IMG/VR virus record: IMGVR_UViG_3300024891_000004
Coordinates: 1 to 59,309 of that record
DNA length: 59,309 nucleotides
Reading direction: 5' to 3' (one strand)
Origin: a virus
Taxonomy: Duplodnaviria > Caudoviricetes
Shown: positions 9,341 to 18,429 of the stretch, one piece after another
Position numbering within the stretch: the stretch's first letter is position 1
Layout of the letters: each line of letters opens with the position of its first letter
Program-made: the position numbers and the translations under genes
The notes under the pieces: generated by a model
The model's database searches: none
Seen by the model: only the letters and a program-made list of their open reading frames with translations
Told to the model about the DNA's origin: nothing

Positions 9341-9526
9341 CTATTTAGCAGCTAACGCGCCGCCAATGTTTAGTGCAATATGTTTCATTGTTATTTCTTG
9401 TTTCCAAAGCCTTTCCAATTCATTCGCGGCCTTTTGTCGCGCATCACGGATTACTTCGTCTGACCATCCATCTGGATTTCTAAGTAAATGCAACAAAGTA
9501 TCTTGATCTTCCTGTTTAATGCTCAT
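9341..9526 (-). CDS. Hypothetical protein
   Basis: 61-aa ORF, RBS agga. Confidence 0.55.
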   Translation of the reverse strand: MSIKQEDQDTLLHLLRNPDGWSDEVIRDARQKAANELERLWKQEITMKHIALNIGGALAAK

Positions 9527-9529
9527 GGT

Positions 9530-9733
9530 TTATTCCTTTATAGGTCTAACATCAATAATTTCATTATCTTTTACGCACCTTAGTCCTTCGTACGTTCTTA
9601 GATAAATACCGCCAACCTTTTGACATAGCCTCTTTTCATCTGCAATCTTATGAATTGCCACTTGAAATATAAACATCAAAGAGGATGCAATTAATACAAG
9701 TAAAAGACAAAAACCTAAATCATATTTGTCCAT
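9530..9733 (-). CDS. Small membrane protein
   Basis: N-terminal TM helix, two C-terminal Cys. Confidence 0.55.
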   Translation of the reverse strand: MDKYDLGFCLLLVLIASSLMFIFQVAIHKIADEKRLCQKVGGIYLRTYEGLRCVKDNEIIDVRPIKE

Positions 9734-9736
9734 AGC

Positions 9737-10210
9737 TTATTTCCCCAACCGCTTCCGCATTTCACACCCAGGCTTTATATCGCTGCCGGTAATCAGGTTA
9801 TGCAAGTTTTGGATCTGTTTAGGGAAATGACCGCCTATTTTTAATTCACGCTCACGGTCTGAAAATCTGTTTACACCGACACCGCTGCAGGCGCGGCACA
9901 CTACGCGCAATTCACCAGCCATACGTTCTTTAGTACCTTGGCAGGTCGGGCATAATGGGAATAGCCATTCGTGTATAGCCTGTTCTGCGATTTTGATGGA
10001 TATATTGCGGTTTAATGGCTTGAGTGTCTTGGCTAACAGGAATATCACGGGCTTGTAGGCACTAGAATCATTACCGTATTTAAGCCGCCATAACAAAGTA
10101 GATAAACGGTCTGCGTAACTGAATGCGGTTAGCTTGTCGATTGCACGTTCATGATGACTATCATCCCACGTCAACGAACTTCGTAATGTATGCGCAAATG
10201 CTTCTCTCAT
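9737..10210 (-). CDS. Putative late antiterminator (Q-like, Zn finger)
   Basis: LWRLKY...HEWLFPLCPTCQGT...CRACSGVG...FSDRER; position at the end of the nin-like region before the late genes. Confidence 0.6.
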   Translation of the reverse strand: MREAFAHTLRSSLTWDDSHHERAIDKLTAFSYADRLSTLLWRLKYGNDSSAYKPVIFLLAKTLKPLNRNISIKIAEQAIHEWLFPLCPTCQGTKERMAGELRVVCRACSGVGVNRFSDRERELKIGGHFPKQIQNLHNLITGSDIKPGCEMRKRLGK

Positions 10211-10234
10211 TTAGTCACCCCCCCCCCCCGTTTG

Positions 10235-10606
10235 TTACCTGTAATTAGAAACACTATTTTGCAGTTGCCATATTGTTGCCTGCACCGAACCGCCAATGAC
10301 CTGCGCCAGTATTAACGGTGCTTGCTCTTGAATTAGTTTGCTTACCATATCCGAGGCCAATAAGCGCCCATCAATTCCGTATTTGGCCTGATAATCTGGG
10401 CTGGCTAGTTGCGCCTGTATCTGTGCTTTAAACATTTCAGTCAATTCAGACTTAACCAATTTTGGCAATTCCTGCTGTTCAAATTCCTGCACACTACGCT
10501 TGACCAATTCATCCCAACGATCTTCGGGGATTAATTCAGCAACAATACCTTTTAACCTAGCTTTAACTGCATCTTCAAACTTTACTGGCGTGTTAGTGTT
10601 ATCCAT
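10235..10606 (-). CDS. Hypothetical protein
   Basis: 123-aa helical ORF, RBS aggag. Confidence 0.65.
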   Translation of the reverse strand: MDNTNTPVKFEDAVKARLKGIVAELIPEDRWDELVKRSVQEFEQQELPKLVKSELTEMFKAQIQAQLASPDYQAKYGIDGRLLASDMVSKLIQEQAPLILAQVIGGSVQATIWQLQNSVSNYR

Positions 10607-10608
10607 GA

Positions 10609-10965
10609 TTAAACTCCTGCCTTATGTTTAGGTTTAGCCGGTATTTCCTTAAAGTGTGTAACTTTATACGGCACAATCACGCCGCTTTCATTGATAAAGT
10701 TTTTGTAAAATGGCGAATACATAGCTTTGTGTACCCTGCTTTCATGACGTTGTGCGCCCTCTGCCAGTACCAAATAAAAGCCAACTCTAAGCGGTCTGTA
10801 TATGTCAAAGTCCGTCCAATCGTCTTGGTCAATGTAGTCATGTAACTGTTTCAGGTAAAACTTGCGCAACATGGCAGCGTCTTGTTCATAGGTTTTACGG
10901 CATCTAATCACTGCCGATACATAAGCAAACGCCATTAATACTGCAATACTGATTATTTCTAGCAT
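10609..10965 (-). CDS. Hypothetical protein with N-terminal TM
   Basis: 118 aa; C-terminal VTHFKEIP resembles DUF551-type ends. Confidence 0.55.
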   Translation of the reverse strand: MLEIISIAVLMAFAYVSAVIRCRKTYEQDAAMLRKFYLKQLHDYIDQDDWTDFDIYRPLRVGFYLVLAEGAQRHESRVHKAMYSPFYKNFINESGVIVPYKVTHFKEIPAKPKHKAGV

Positions 10966-10981
10966 GACCGTTCCCCTTTAT

Positions 10982-11242
10982 CTAGTGTGTTTTGACTTCA
11001 TGTTCAATTTCTTTGGCAATGACCGTGCTGGCCTTGACGATATAACTGTTAAACCACCGGCGCACACTGTAGCTGCGGATCACCGATATAACGGTAAACA
11101 TCAATCCAATGCTGAATGCCTGACCGCCGGTGACTTTAAAACCATGCATCGGCAAGATGAACATATTGGCGATCCAGTTAATCGTGAAGCCAATGGCAAT
11201 ATTCACAAGCGTTTCAATGAATGAACCTAGTTTGGTCTGCAT
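10982..11242 (-). CDS. Small two-TM phage membrane protein
   Basis: MQTKLGSFIETLVNIAIGF...SVIRSYSVRRWFN, a family often adjacent to dNTP diphosphohydrolase genes. Confidence 0.7.
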   Translation of the reverse strand: MQTKLGSFIETLVNIAIGFTINWIANMFILPMHGFKVTGGQAFSIGLMFTVISVIRSYSVRRWFNSYIVKASTVIAKEIEHEVKTH

Positions 11243-11757
11243 GATCTATCTTTCCGCATAGTTTCAATAATCTCTTGAGCAAGAAAATCTGATTTGGGCT
11301 TCTTCGGTAAATCGTTACCTTCTGGGTAAACTTCGGCGTACATGATCAGCATTACCAAATTGCACATCACATGACCCCAATGTGACAGTCCGGATTCTTC
11401 ATCCAGCAACTCCCCATCGCGCAACTTCATCAAATGCCTACCGGCGCAGGCCAGCGGTATTGACCAACTCATTCCGCGCAACCAGTTCCACTCTGAATAT
11501 TTGCGCTTTCCGTAGTCAAATACCCAAGCGCAATCTGTCCAATGATGCTGCAAGTCCTGAAAAAGTGATTGCAGAAAACGCACATCACCTGAAAACTGAT
11601 AAGCATCTAATTTATAAAACGCTTCTTTAACCGTGTCTTGTTCAGTAGTTAAGGCCAGTATGCGAAATGGCAATAATTCCACCGGCACTTTGCCCGTATT
11701 AAACCTAGCCCCTGAACCTTTTGCGTCACTGTTTACGTCACCGACTGCCATAATCAC
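11227..11757 (-). CDS. dATP/dGTP diphosphohydrolase domain protein (DUF5664-like)
   Basis: RFNTGKVPVELLP...YGKRKYSEWNWLRG...RHL...DEESGLSHWGHVMCNLVML. Confidence 0.85.
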   Translation of the reverse strand: MIMAVGDVNSDAKGSGARFNTGKVPVELLPFRILALTTEQDTVKEAFYKLDAYQFSGDVRFLQSLFQDLQHHWTDCAWVFDYGKRKYSEWNWLRGMSWSIPLACAGRHLMKLRDGELLDEESGLSHWGHVMCNLVMLIMYAEVYPEGNDLPKKPKSDFLAQEIIETMRKDRSCRPN

Positions 11758-12200
11758 TCCATTCCGTGTATAAGAAGTATCGCGTCACGCTGGTCTTGAT
11801 TCGTGCGCGTCTTGATGCCTGTACGTTTTTTAAATTCTTCTGCATTAAGTTTCTTGCTTGTCGGGCGCACCAGAATGACCTTCACCTGTTCGTCCTCAAT
11901 ACATTGCGCCAGTAGTTGACCTGCTGCATGATTAGAACCAACCCTTTTACCAATACTGGCAGCGACCTTCATATTCTCGGCAGCGTGCCAACTAGCTTTC
12001 TTGTTAAACCAGCCTGCTTCGATATACACACGCTTGATGACTTCCTTATTGGTGCGGATAAACTTCAAGGTTTCCACGAAGTTTAAACATGAGTATTCAA
12101 TGCGCTTGTTATGGCAATGTAGAAAGGCCACGCCGCTTTTATGAATATCAGGGTCAATGCCCACAATGAGATATTTGCTATCCTGCATGACTGGCCTCAC
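11754..12200 (-). CDS. RuvC-like (RNase H fold) Holliday junction resolvase/nuclease
   Basis: IVGIDPD...VYIE...NQDQRDA catalytic pattern. Confidence 0.75.
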   Translation of the reverse strand: MRPVMQDSKYLIVGIDPDIHKSGVAFLHCHNKRIEYSCLNFVETLKFIRTNKEVIKRVYIEAGWFNKKASWHAAENMKVAASIGKRVGSNHAAGQLLAQCIEDEQVKVILVRPTSKKLNAEEFKKRTGIKTRTNQDQRDAILLIHGME

Positions 12201-12386
12201 CCTCTCTCGCCTCTGCTTCTAGTTCATAAGAGAGTTCAAGCAATGCTTTAGCTATTTTCAGTTTTTGCTTTTTAGATTTAATCTCTTTGTTATGCGCTAT
12301 GCCGCCTGTTATTCCATCTGTAATAAAAGCAAAAAAAGCTGTTGGTTCACTTTTTTTATTGTATTTTCCTACTTCGATATAAATAG

Positions 12387-12818
12387 TCATGACAGCATCC
12401 CCATAGTTGAACCAATACGAACTTCCTGTTTTTTTGGTGCGCATGGTGTCCACTTGATGCGATCAGAACCGTGCGCGATTCTCATGTGTGGATTGTTCGG
12501 GTTACGCTCTACTAACTGACAGCTTTCAGTCTTGTAACCTTCATTAAAGTCATACTTTATGGTGATGTACTGTGTACGCTTGCGGTATTTATCAATAAGC
12601 ACCATGCCACACGCCTTTAAGTAGCCACGCCGCGCTAATAAGGTGATGTTTTGACTAAAGACATTACCGCCGGTAGCATTAAATGCACTGGCAATCTGGT
12701 CTGCGGTCTTTGGGGTGTCGCATATTGTAAGTATCTGGTTCAATATCACATTGCGTTCTGCAATCTTTGCGTTATGTTCCTGAATCCGTCTGTGCTGTTC
12801 GGCTATGCTGATAGTCAT
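12387..12818 (-). CDS. Putative winged-helix DNA-binding protein
   Basis: ILTICDTPKTADQIASAF...ITLLARRGYL pattern. Confidence 0.5.
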   Translation of the reverse strand: MTISIAEQHRRIQEHNAKIAERNVILNQILTICDTPKTADQIASAFNATGGNVFSQNITLLARRGYLKACGMVLIDKYRKRTQYITIKYDFNEGYKTESCQLVERNPNNPHMRIAHGSDRIKWTPCAPKKQEVRIGSTMGMLS

Positions 12819-13138
12819 AGTTCCCCCTTATAACCCACTTTAGATAACCAGCCTGAATGCTGGTACAGTTCAAAAGTCCGCTGACGTGCCTCGTTAAAAA
12901 TCTGTAATTCCAACGTTCTTGGCAGTCTGTGTGCGTCATAATGTTTATGGCATGATGGGCAGGCCGCTACGTGTTGTGCGTCTGATGACTTCATCCCCTT
13001 ACCATGACCATGTTCATAATGATTTGAGTGTGCCGGTTCGCAACCGTCCGGCGAATAACCTTGGCACGGCGCTAAACGAAACTGGCATTCGTTTACTTGA
13101 TGTGCTAGGTCTAACAGGCGGCGGTTGCGGTAAATCAT
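12815..13138 (-). CDS. DUF1364/YbcO-like Zn-binding nuclease
   Basis: CQFRLAPC...AHSN...GKGMKSSD...ACPSCH. Confidence 0.75.
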   Translation of the reverse strand: MIYRNRRLLDLAHQVNECQFRLAPCQGYSPDGCEPAHSNHYEHGHGKGMKSSDAQHVAACPSCHKHYDAHRLPRTLELQIFNEARQRTFELYQHSGWLSKVGYKGEL

Positions 13139-13572
13139 GCGTTATCCTTCGGAAACTCAAGCCTTACACCTCTACCCAAAAAATCATTCTGCATAGCTTC
13201 TAAATACTTACTTAGCTGCGGCTTAGTCATCAGTGAAGTTACCGGCACAAACTTCATGGCCTCTCGCTTCTGTTCATAACTCAAACCTTTTAATGCCCCA
13301 TCGTAAAATGCTCTAAACTCTTCATCTTCGGCACGCAATATCGGCACACCATGATGTAATTTGCAGTAGCATTTCCATCCAAGCGCATCTTCATCGCGTA
13401 TTTCTCTGGCTAACTGCTCGTACCAAGTGTGGCTAATCGCGTTCTGATCCAGGCTGCGTGCTTTACCAATCTTCGCGTTTACCTTCAAAAACTTATGCGC
13501 ACGATAAGATTCACGTATGTCACCAATGAATGACTGCAGGGATGATTCACTATTGATTGTCCAAGCGCTCAT
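13135..13572 (-). CDS. NinB-like recombination protein
   Basis: RSLDQNA...W...CKLHHG...TSLMTKPQLSKYLEAM...GVRLEFP. Confidence 0.7.
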   Translation of the reverse strand: MSAWTINSESSLQSFIGDIRESYRAHKFLKVNAKIGKARSLDQNAISHTWYEQLAREIRDEDALGWKCYCKLHHGVPILRAEDEEFRAFYDGALKGLSYEQKREAMKFVPVTSLMTKPQLSKYLEAMQNDFLGRGVRLEFPKDNA

Positions 13573-14297
13573 GCAAACAACCTTTCTTGCCTGCTTTCAT
13601 AAGTAACGCGGTGTACTAAATTTTCAAAATAGGTTTCGTTTAATTCAGTACCGTGTATCTCAAACCCCATGTCCAAAGCTGCGACTACGGACGAAGCGCT
13701 GCCTAAATGTGTATCAAGTATCTTGTCGCCCTGTTTTGCATACTTGCTTAATAGCCATTTATAAAGTTCTACCGGTTTTTGTGTAGGATGAATTTTTTTA
13801 TCTTTATTAGCGCCACCGGTGTTTGAATATGAAAACAATGCAGCAGGCTTATCGAAAGAAGTCCATGCCATTTCCCACTGTGAGAAGTTTTCCCAAGGCT
13901 GGCATTTATCCCAACAAATCACGCATCTTGACGGCGGTAAATCAAAATAATTGCCACCCCATATAATTTGATTTTTTGATACACGGAATAGCTCGGTGAA
14001 ATATTCGCTTGTTGGCACTGCGTCATCCCAACCAATATCAGAAGTGTTTAAAATTCTGTTTTTAAACTTCCCCACCCCTGAATTTAGGCGACCTTTACGC
14101 GCTTTTACTGCCGTTGATTCGCCGCGCTTCCATCCATCATTACGATTTAAGTTTTGCCCCATACTCATAGCCGGTGCATTTATTCCGTAAGGCGGATCTA
14201 CAATCGCCAAATCAAATGCACCATCCGGCAGCCCTGCCATATACTCCATGCAATCCATGTAGTACATTGTTGCCGTGTTGATAGTTACACTCATCAA
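13569..14297 (-). CDS. DNA N6-adenine/N4-cytosine methyltransferase (beta class), orphan
   Basis: DPPY catalytic motif, HPTQKP, LDTHLGSASS SAM-binding motif. Confidence 0.92.
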   Translation of the reverse strand: MMSVTINTATMYYMDCMEYMAGLPDGAFDLAIVDPPYGINAPAMSMGQNLNRNDGWKRGESTAVKARKGRLNSGVGKFKNRILNTSDIGWDDAVPTSEYFTELFRVSKNQIIWGGNYFDLPPSRCVICWDKCQPWENFSQWEMAWTSFDKPAALFSYSNTGGANKDKKIHPTQKPVELYKWLLSKYAKQGDKILDTHLGSASSVVAALDMGFEIHGTELNETYFENLVHRVTYESRQERLFA

Positions 14298-14542
14298 TGC
14301 ACCACCTTATCGCAGCAAGTTTTATCTGCTGTTGACCAAGCTGTTGTAATCGCTAGTGCTTGATTAATCACACGCGCTTGTTGTACTGTGCAATTATCAG
14401 GATCAAGTTGCGCCAGTGTTTTCATACCGGCGACCATAAGCGCTACCTGCTCATTATCAAAATTACACTTATCTGCTAACTGCTCAATCATAAAAGTCAG
14501 CAATTCAAGTTTGTTTTTGTGAATTTCTGCTTGGGTACTCAT
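14294..14542 (-). CDS. Hypothetical protein
   Basis: 82 aa, overlapping start/stop with neighbours. Confidence 0.55.
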   Translation of the reverse strand: MSTQAEIHKNKLELLTFMIEQLADKCNFDNEQVALMVAGMKTLAQLDPDNCTVQQARVINQALAITTAWSTADKTCCDKVVH

Positions 14543-14838
14543 GCCGCCACCTCTTTATAATCCCAATCAAAAGCATCTTTTAAGGCGGTATGTTCTTCAT
14601 CTGCAAACAGATAACTATTCGCCGGTATGGATTCATGTTCGCCCTGAATGTCGTAAAACTTGCCGTCAATCTCGGTAAAGATATGCCCCTGTATTGGTTC
14701 GTACCATGCCACTGCCTGTGGATATAAATCAGCAAACATTAGGTATAGTTGAAAGCATTTACCATGCGTAAACATCACATCAGCCTGCTTGATGTTGTTG
14801 CGCATGGCGTTGACCAATTTAACAGGGGTAATCGTCAT
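14539..14838 (-). CDS. Hypothetical protein (transglutaminase/papain-like motif)
   Basis: FTHGKCFQLY...GHIFTEIDGKFYDIQG, Cys-His-Asp pattern. Confidence 0.55.
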   Translation of the reverse strand: MTITPVKLVNAMRNNIKQADVMFTHGKCFQLYLMFADLYPQAVAWYEPIQGHIFTEIDGKFYDIQGEHESIPANSYLFADEEHTALKDAFDWDYKEVAA

Positions 14839-14840
14839 GA

Positions 14841-15731
14841 TTAGCAGTTCGCCAGTTCTTGACGGGCGGCAGCTTCAATTACTTTCTTATCCATGCCGAT
14901 CCAGTCCACGCGCAACGCAAGCGCATTGATGTAGTTTTTCAGCAATACCTTTTTTGAAGGCTTGTTTTTTTCAACGCTGGCCTGCCCGATTTGTTGGATA
15001 TAAACCAGTTCGTCATTGGTGCTGTGTTTGTTCTGTGGTTTCATGTTATTTCCCCATCGCATTAAGTTGTTTTACTCGGCGTGCGCATTCACGTTGACCG
15101 CAAGTCTGACCGCCCATGCGCTGTTTCCAATTGGTTGTAAAGTTGATCTTGGGCTTCTTGACGTTGATGTTCTTGCCGTGACCGCGAGAACGGTATGCGC
15201 CTAAATTATCAAGTTCAATGCGCTGCAGATATTGCGGCATACCTGACAACATGATTGCGTTCATGGCATTAACAAACATATGCGCACGTTTGAATGGTGT
15301 GGTTTGCATCGTTACTCCTTAGTTGATTGACCAGTGTTGAAAAGAATTACATTGCTTGCGTACAAGTGTTGCTCTGATTCTGCGGCTAATGGCCTTTGGT
15401 AATTCAATGCCGGTTCTGCTGCAAAAATGACGAAATTCGGTACGGGTTAATTTGAAATGACGACTTGCCCCCAGGGTGGATGCAAACGGATTTGTGTTCA
15501 GGTAGTTTTTAATTTCACTAGCTAAAGTCATATCTTCGTTACTCATTTTTTACCCTTTCTTTTCATCAAAATTACAGTTGCTTTTGTCTTAATTTCATCC
15601 GCATACTGATCACCATATTTCTCACGCCAGTAATCAATCTGCTGATTTCTGGTTGCCCTGCTGTTGCTTTCCCTTGTCACACATTCAACCGCTTCTTCAA
15701 TGGTTGGCTGTCTGTATCTGCGTTCAGTCAA
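14841..15731 (-). CDS. Cluster of four small hypothetical genes (14841-15044, 15046-15309, 15319-15546, 15543-15731)
   Basis: Consecutive short ORFs downstream of the replication gene. Confidence 0.5.
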
Positions 15732-16567
15732 GCCGTTTCTTTCTGCTCAAGTTTTTTGTCGATTGCTGCAATCAATTCAAACTTACCTTTCCCCATCGTG
15801 CCAATGCCAAGTTCTTTTGCTTTTTCAACAATCTGCGCTTCACTATTGCGCCAAGCATTTCGTTTGTGCGCTTCTGCAAAATTGCCTTTGGTAACATTGC
15901 TGGCTGCGGCCTCTTTCCGCATTCCTTCAACCATTTTCAGCACATACGGAAATTTCTTAACATTCGCTGTTTTGGCTGCGTCAACAAATTCCTGCACAGT
16001 AGCGCCTGCATCAAGCATGGCTACCAGCAATGGATGGGATGGGTTTACATCAAGGAAGTTAAGATTTTTAAGTTCTAAACACACGGAAGCGGCTTGTGAT
16101 GGCTCATTACTCTTTCCAGTTTCTTTACTGTGTGTTAATTCATTTGGTTTATATGGCTCTGGCTCTGGTGAGGTTTCGTGTTGGGTTTCACTTGGGTTAT
16201 TTTCTGAAAACCCATTGGGTTTTTCTTGGGTTTCATTTTTATCCTTCTTGGGTCTGCCACCTTTAATTCCATTTAACCTAGCGGCTACCATTGCAGGTTT
16301 TGCTTCTGCTATTTCTTTGTCGGCTCTTTTTTGTAAATAACCTTGTTCAGTTGAATTGAAATACTGGTTCAATATACTGATGACAGCCTTGCGTTCATCC
16401 TTTGTCATTGCCCTGGCTATCCTGCAGCACGCATCTATATCTGCTGGCAATGCCATTTCAGTCGCATAGTAATGATCAAGCAGGCGGTCATACGCACCAA
16501 ATTCAGCAAGGGATAGATGCCCTGTGTCGCGCTGAATATCCCCTACATAACGTTTATAGAAATTCAT
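15728..16567 (-). CDS. Replication initiator, DUF1376/YdaU family
   Basis: MNFYKRYVGDIQRDTGHLSLAEFGAYDRLLDHYY...NGIKGGRPKK; located after cro/cII. Confidence 0.88.
   Translation of the reverse strand: MNFYKRYVGDIQRDTGHLSLAEFGAYDRLLDHYYATEMALPADIDACCRIARAMTKDERKAVISILNQYFNSTEQGYLQKRADKEIAEAKPAMVAARLNGIKGGRPKKDKNETQEKPNGFSENNPSETQHETSPEPEPYKPNELTHSKETGKSNEPSQAASVCLELKNLNFLDVNPSHPLLVAMLDAGATVQEFVDAAKTANVKKFPYVLKMVEGMRKEAAASNVTKGNFAEAHKRNAWRNSEAQIVEKAKELGIGTMGKGKFELIAAIDKKLEQKETA
16172..16240. repeat. Iteron-like repeats (putative replication origin inside rep)
   Basis: Four AACCCAA units on the minus strand (gaaacccaa, aaaacccaa, ataacccaa, gaaacccaa) in the rep linker, as in the lambda O origin. 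Confidence 0.6.
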
Positions 16568-16597
16568 ACCAAGCCTTGCATCAAGCCAGAAAAAGGG

Positions 16598-16654
16598 TGC
16601 TGGCGCCTACCATGGGCTTGAATCACGGTAAAAGGTTGATCGACCTTGCCAGCA
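16598..16654 (-). ncRNA. C4-antisense-like three-way-junction RNA upstream of rep
   Basis: Closing stem UGCUGGC/GCCAGCA, inner stems AAGGU/ACCUU and ACCGUG/CAUGGU; loop UCAAGCC complementary to GGCUUGA and GGCUUG just before the rep AUG. Confidence 0.55.
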
Positions 16655-16664
16655 TTGATAAACA

Positions 16665-16940
16665 TTAAGCTGCCACTTTCAACATTAGCGCTTCTACGTT
16701 CTTGCTAGTGAATGGGTCTTTTTTCTTACCCACTACCTCAATGTGAATATCAATCATTGAATTAACCCTGGCTGATACGGTTGAAGTTTCAAGACCGGAA
16801 TACAAAGCCAATTCACGGCGCGTATAAGTACGTTCTGGGATCATGACGTTGATGATCTGGCGTTGCTGCTGTTGCAGTGTGTTAGATTTTTTAAGGTCGC
16901 TGAATGCGTCTAAGGAACTGTCTGTCATATTAGTGCGCAT
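16665..16940 (-). CDS. HTH DNA-binding protein
   Basis: YTRRELALYSGLETSTVSARVNSM helix-turn-helix. Confidence 0.7.
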   Translation of the reverse strand: MRTNMTDSSLDAFSDLKKSNTLQQQQRQIINVMIPERTYTRRELALYSGLETSTVSARVNSMIDIHIEVVGKKKDPFTSKNVEALMLKVAA

Positions 16941-17190
16941 GATCTACCCCCTCATCAGTACCTATTCCTGCCACCAATTTAATTTTTGATTGCTGTAAAC
17001 TGATTACATAGTCAATACCGAGTAAAGCAATCATGATGATCATTCGCGCACATTCAGATTTATTCATACCGGTTTCACGCGCTTTTTTAATGAGCAAGGA
17101 TTCGGTGAGTTCATCGAGTTTTACTTTTAAATCCCGATCCAACTTGCCGTTGGCATTTGTAACTCCGCTGCGTGAAAACTTGGTGTCCAT
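16930..17190 (-). CDS. CII-position regulator (ribbon-helix-helix-like)
   Basis: LKVKLDE...ARETGMNKSECARMII; directly downstream of cro. Confidence 0.55.
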   Translation of the reverse strand: MDTKFSRSGVTNANGKLDRDLKVKLDELTESLLIKKARETGMNKSECARMIIMIALLGIDYVISLQQSKIKLVAGIGTDEGVDHAH

Positions 17191-17224
17191 AGAAACCTCG
17201 TATCAAAAAATAAAAAAAACAGTA

Positions 17225-17452
17225 TTAAGCGGCTGGCAACAATTCAGGCCAGATCGCTTGCCAGTCATTCGGGAAAAGTTCTTTACGTGTTACTTTGCCA
17301 TCTGTAGCTTTTTCGATTGCAGCACCGTATTTGTGGGGAACGGGTCTAATGCCAGAAGCCCACCCAAATACATCAGGCGCGTGCGCACCTATCTTTCTGG
17401 CAAGTTTTGCAGCGTTCCCTCGTTCAAGTTCTATATATTTTTTAAGTTCCAT
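17225..17452 (-). CDS. cro: Cro/YdaS-like repressor
   Basis: MELKKY...AAKLARKIG...WASGIRPVP...IEKATDGKVTRKELFPNDWQAIWPEL; divergent from cI; start revised to 17452. Confidence 0.85.
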   Translation of the reverse strand: MELKKYIELERGNAAKLARKIGAHAPDVFGWASGIRPVPHKYGAAIEKATDGKVTRKELFPNDWQAIWPELLPAA

Positions 17453-17454
17453 TT

Positions 17455-17545
17455 GCATAAGATAGCAAATTGCTAATGCAAATGCAAGCAAAAAGTAATA
17501 GCAATTTGCACATTCATAAAACACTAGCTTTTTGCTATGGTATTG
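17455..17545. promoter_or_regulatory. OR-like immunity region with divergent promoters and operators
   Basis: TAGCA-N3-TGCTA-type palindromes at 17463-17475, ~17499-17510 and 17525-17537; PR-like TTGCAT-17-TATCTT (minus); PRM-like TTCATA-17-TATGGT (plus). Confidence 0.75.
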
Positions 17546-17547
17546 GT

Positions 17548-18243
17548 ATGCTTAATAATGAAATTCGTATAGAGAATTTAAAAATACTGGTCGATAAGTT
17601 CGGCACGATTGCTGCTGTTGCAAAACTATGCGATACGAACCCGTCTTATCTTAGTCAGATACTTAATAAAGTGCCTTCAAGCACAGGGGTCGCGCGTGGA
17701 ATTGGGGATAAGTTAGCCAGGAAACTTGAATCAGGCGCGAAAGTGCCAGCCGGATGGCTTGATGCACAACACAAATCCAATCTGCAAGTTATGGGAACGG
17801 AAGTAAGTGTGGAAGAAGGCATTATTAACATTCCATTATTGAATGTAGTAGCCAGTATGGGTGATGGGTTACCTCAAACTCATGAATACGTGATAGACGT
17901 TCTCAAAATTAATAAAATTTGGGCGGATAAAATGTTAAGACCATATACAGGCCAAGATAATTTGGCTTTCATTCATGCGGTAGGCGACTCAATGTTTCCA
18001 ACATTTGTTGAAGGTGACATATTAATGGTGGACACCGGCGATCAGATGGTGATGGATGGTAAAGTATATGTGCTGCAGACCCACGGCAGGCTATTCATTA
18101 AAAGAGTGCGACAACGATTAGACGGATTGTTTGAGGTAAGCAGCGACAACCCTAGCGTCAAAACAGTTGATGTACTTAACGGTGAGCATGAGGTCGAAGT
18201 CAAAGGCCGCGTGCTCTGGGTATGGAATGGAAGGAAGGTTTAA
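17548..18243 (+). CDS. cI: CI-like repressor with S24 peptidase domain
   Basis: N-terminal HTH (PSYLSQIL), autocleavage region VASMGDG, GDSMFP Ser and FIKRV Lys; start revised to ATG 17548. Confidence 0.92.
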   Translation: MLNNEIRIENLKILVDKFGTIAAVAKLCDTNPSYLSQILNKVPSSTGVARGIGDKLARKLESGAKVPAGWLDAQHKSNLQVMGTEVSVEEGIINIPLLNVVASMGDGLPQTHEYVIDVLKINKIWADKMLRPYTGQDNLAFIHAVGDSMFPTFVEGDILMVDTGDQMVMDGKVYVLQTHGRLFIKRVRQRLDGLFEVSSDNPSVKTVDVLNGEHEVEVKGRVLWVWNGRKV

Positions 18244-18407
18244 TGAAAAAATCAACCAAATTGAGATTATTCGGTGCGCTAGTAATATTGGTGAACTTAA
18301 TAATAATCGGATCATATAATATTACCGGACTACCTGTTATTTTAATGACTTTCGGTTTTGCTATTGTTTATGAATTACTGGTAGTAAGACCTACCATAGA
18401 AAAATAA
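18243..18407 (+). CDS. Small two-TM protein co-transcribed with cI
   Basis: TAATG coupling to cI; MKKSTKLRLFGALVILVNLIIIG... 54 aa; terminator follows. Confidence 0.65.
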   Translation: MKKSTKLRLFGALVILVNLIIIGSYNITGLPVILMTFGFAIVYELLVVRPTIEK

Positions 18408-18429
18408 TTTAAGTATATTGCCCCACTCC

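Noticed and set aside
11227-11757. 2-aminoadenine (Z) genome pathway
   Set aside because: No purZ or dedicated DNA polymerase recognised in the window
13569-14297. Restriction-modification system
   Set aside because: No cognate endonuclease adjacent; typical orphan phage methyltransferase
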